Shown here piece after piece: positions 63,724 to 64,000 of a stretch of 64,000 bases of DNA. The notes under the pieces are model-generated. The model was not told the origin of the DNA. It saw only the letters and a program-made list of their open reading frames with translations, and ran no database searches. The stretch is from assembly GCF_025869515.1 (NCBI RefSeq), contig NZ_JAOZVR010000055.1:389-64388 (forward strand). Direction: 5' to 3'. Position 1 is the first letter of the stretch. Each line of letters begins with the position of its first letter. The translations under genes were made by a program, and so were the position numbers. This DNA is from Ferrovibrio sp. (lineage in GTDB: Bacteria > Pseudomonadota > Alphaproteobacteria > Ferrovibrionales > Ferrovibrionaceae).

Positions 63724-64000
63724 ATGAGTTTTTCTCATAGTGAGGCGGCCCGGTTTGCAGGCAGCCTGCCTTCGCTGAATGCATTGCGCGCCTTCGCCGT
63801 GGCCGGCCGGCATCTAAGCTTCACCCGCGCCGCCGAGGAGTTGCATGTCACCCAGGGCGCGGTCAGCCGGCTGGTCAAGCAGCTGGAGGCCGATCTGGGT
63901 GTGAGCCTGTTCCGCCGCGGCGCGCGCGGACTGGAACTGACCGAAGCCGGCGCCGCCTATCTGCCGCCGCTGACCGAGGCCTTCGAGCGCCTGCAGGCCG
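63724..64000 (+). CDS. LysR-family regulator (GcvA-like), truncated by the window edge
   Basis: Manual translation MSFSHSEAARFAGSLPSLNALRAFAVAGRHLSFTRAAEELHVTQGAVSR; a T-N11-A box ATGAG-N5-CTCAT overlaps the start codon. Confidence 0.9.
   Translation, partial: MSFSHSEAARFAGSLPSLNALRAFAVAGRHLSFTRAAEELHVTQGAVSRLVKQLEADLGVSLFRRGARGLELTEAGAAYLPPLTEAFERLQA

Overview
High-GC alphaproteobacterial chromosomal window; Rhodospirillales-like is an inference from gene content. From left to right: acs (partial), MarR/PaaI, DUF1127/ArsR, tRNA-Gly(CCC), ggt, a GAF histidine kinase, an NHEJ locus (ku and ligD, convergent), a glutaryl-CoA dehydrogenase module, and an A/T-richer two-gene cassette resembling a polymorphic toxin-immunity pair. 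Next come add, a lipoprotein-response regulator-kinase operon, a C-P lyase phosphonate cluster (phnCDE, phnF-N, an HD protein, DUF1045) and a purine/urate catabolic cluster (puuD, guaD, uraH, uraD, allC-like, M20, puuE, GntR). The rest is assorted regulators and enzymes, purB, a haloalkane dehalogenase and a partial LysR. Structure not explained by gene annotation: (1) seven CGTC-type REP-like hairpins, three of them bracketing a lone 95-aa GIY-YIG nuclease in a REPtron-like layout; (2) a second, unrelated palindromic REP-like element; (3) seven GGAAC-N16/17-(C/G)(G/A)TT general-stress (sigma-EcfG-type) promoter matches, including a back-to-back pair that predicts a leaderless ligD mRNA and one driving an unannotated 49-aa Gln-rich ORF; (4) a 12-unit TAAGCC-like array phased at about 10.5 bp upstream of purB and a 21-bp-period array upstream of the toxin-like gene; (5) a predicted GntR regulon for purine catabolism. 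No CRISPR, rRNA, integrase or transposase was seen. All calls come from motif recognition by eye; no database search was run, and start codons are best estimates.
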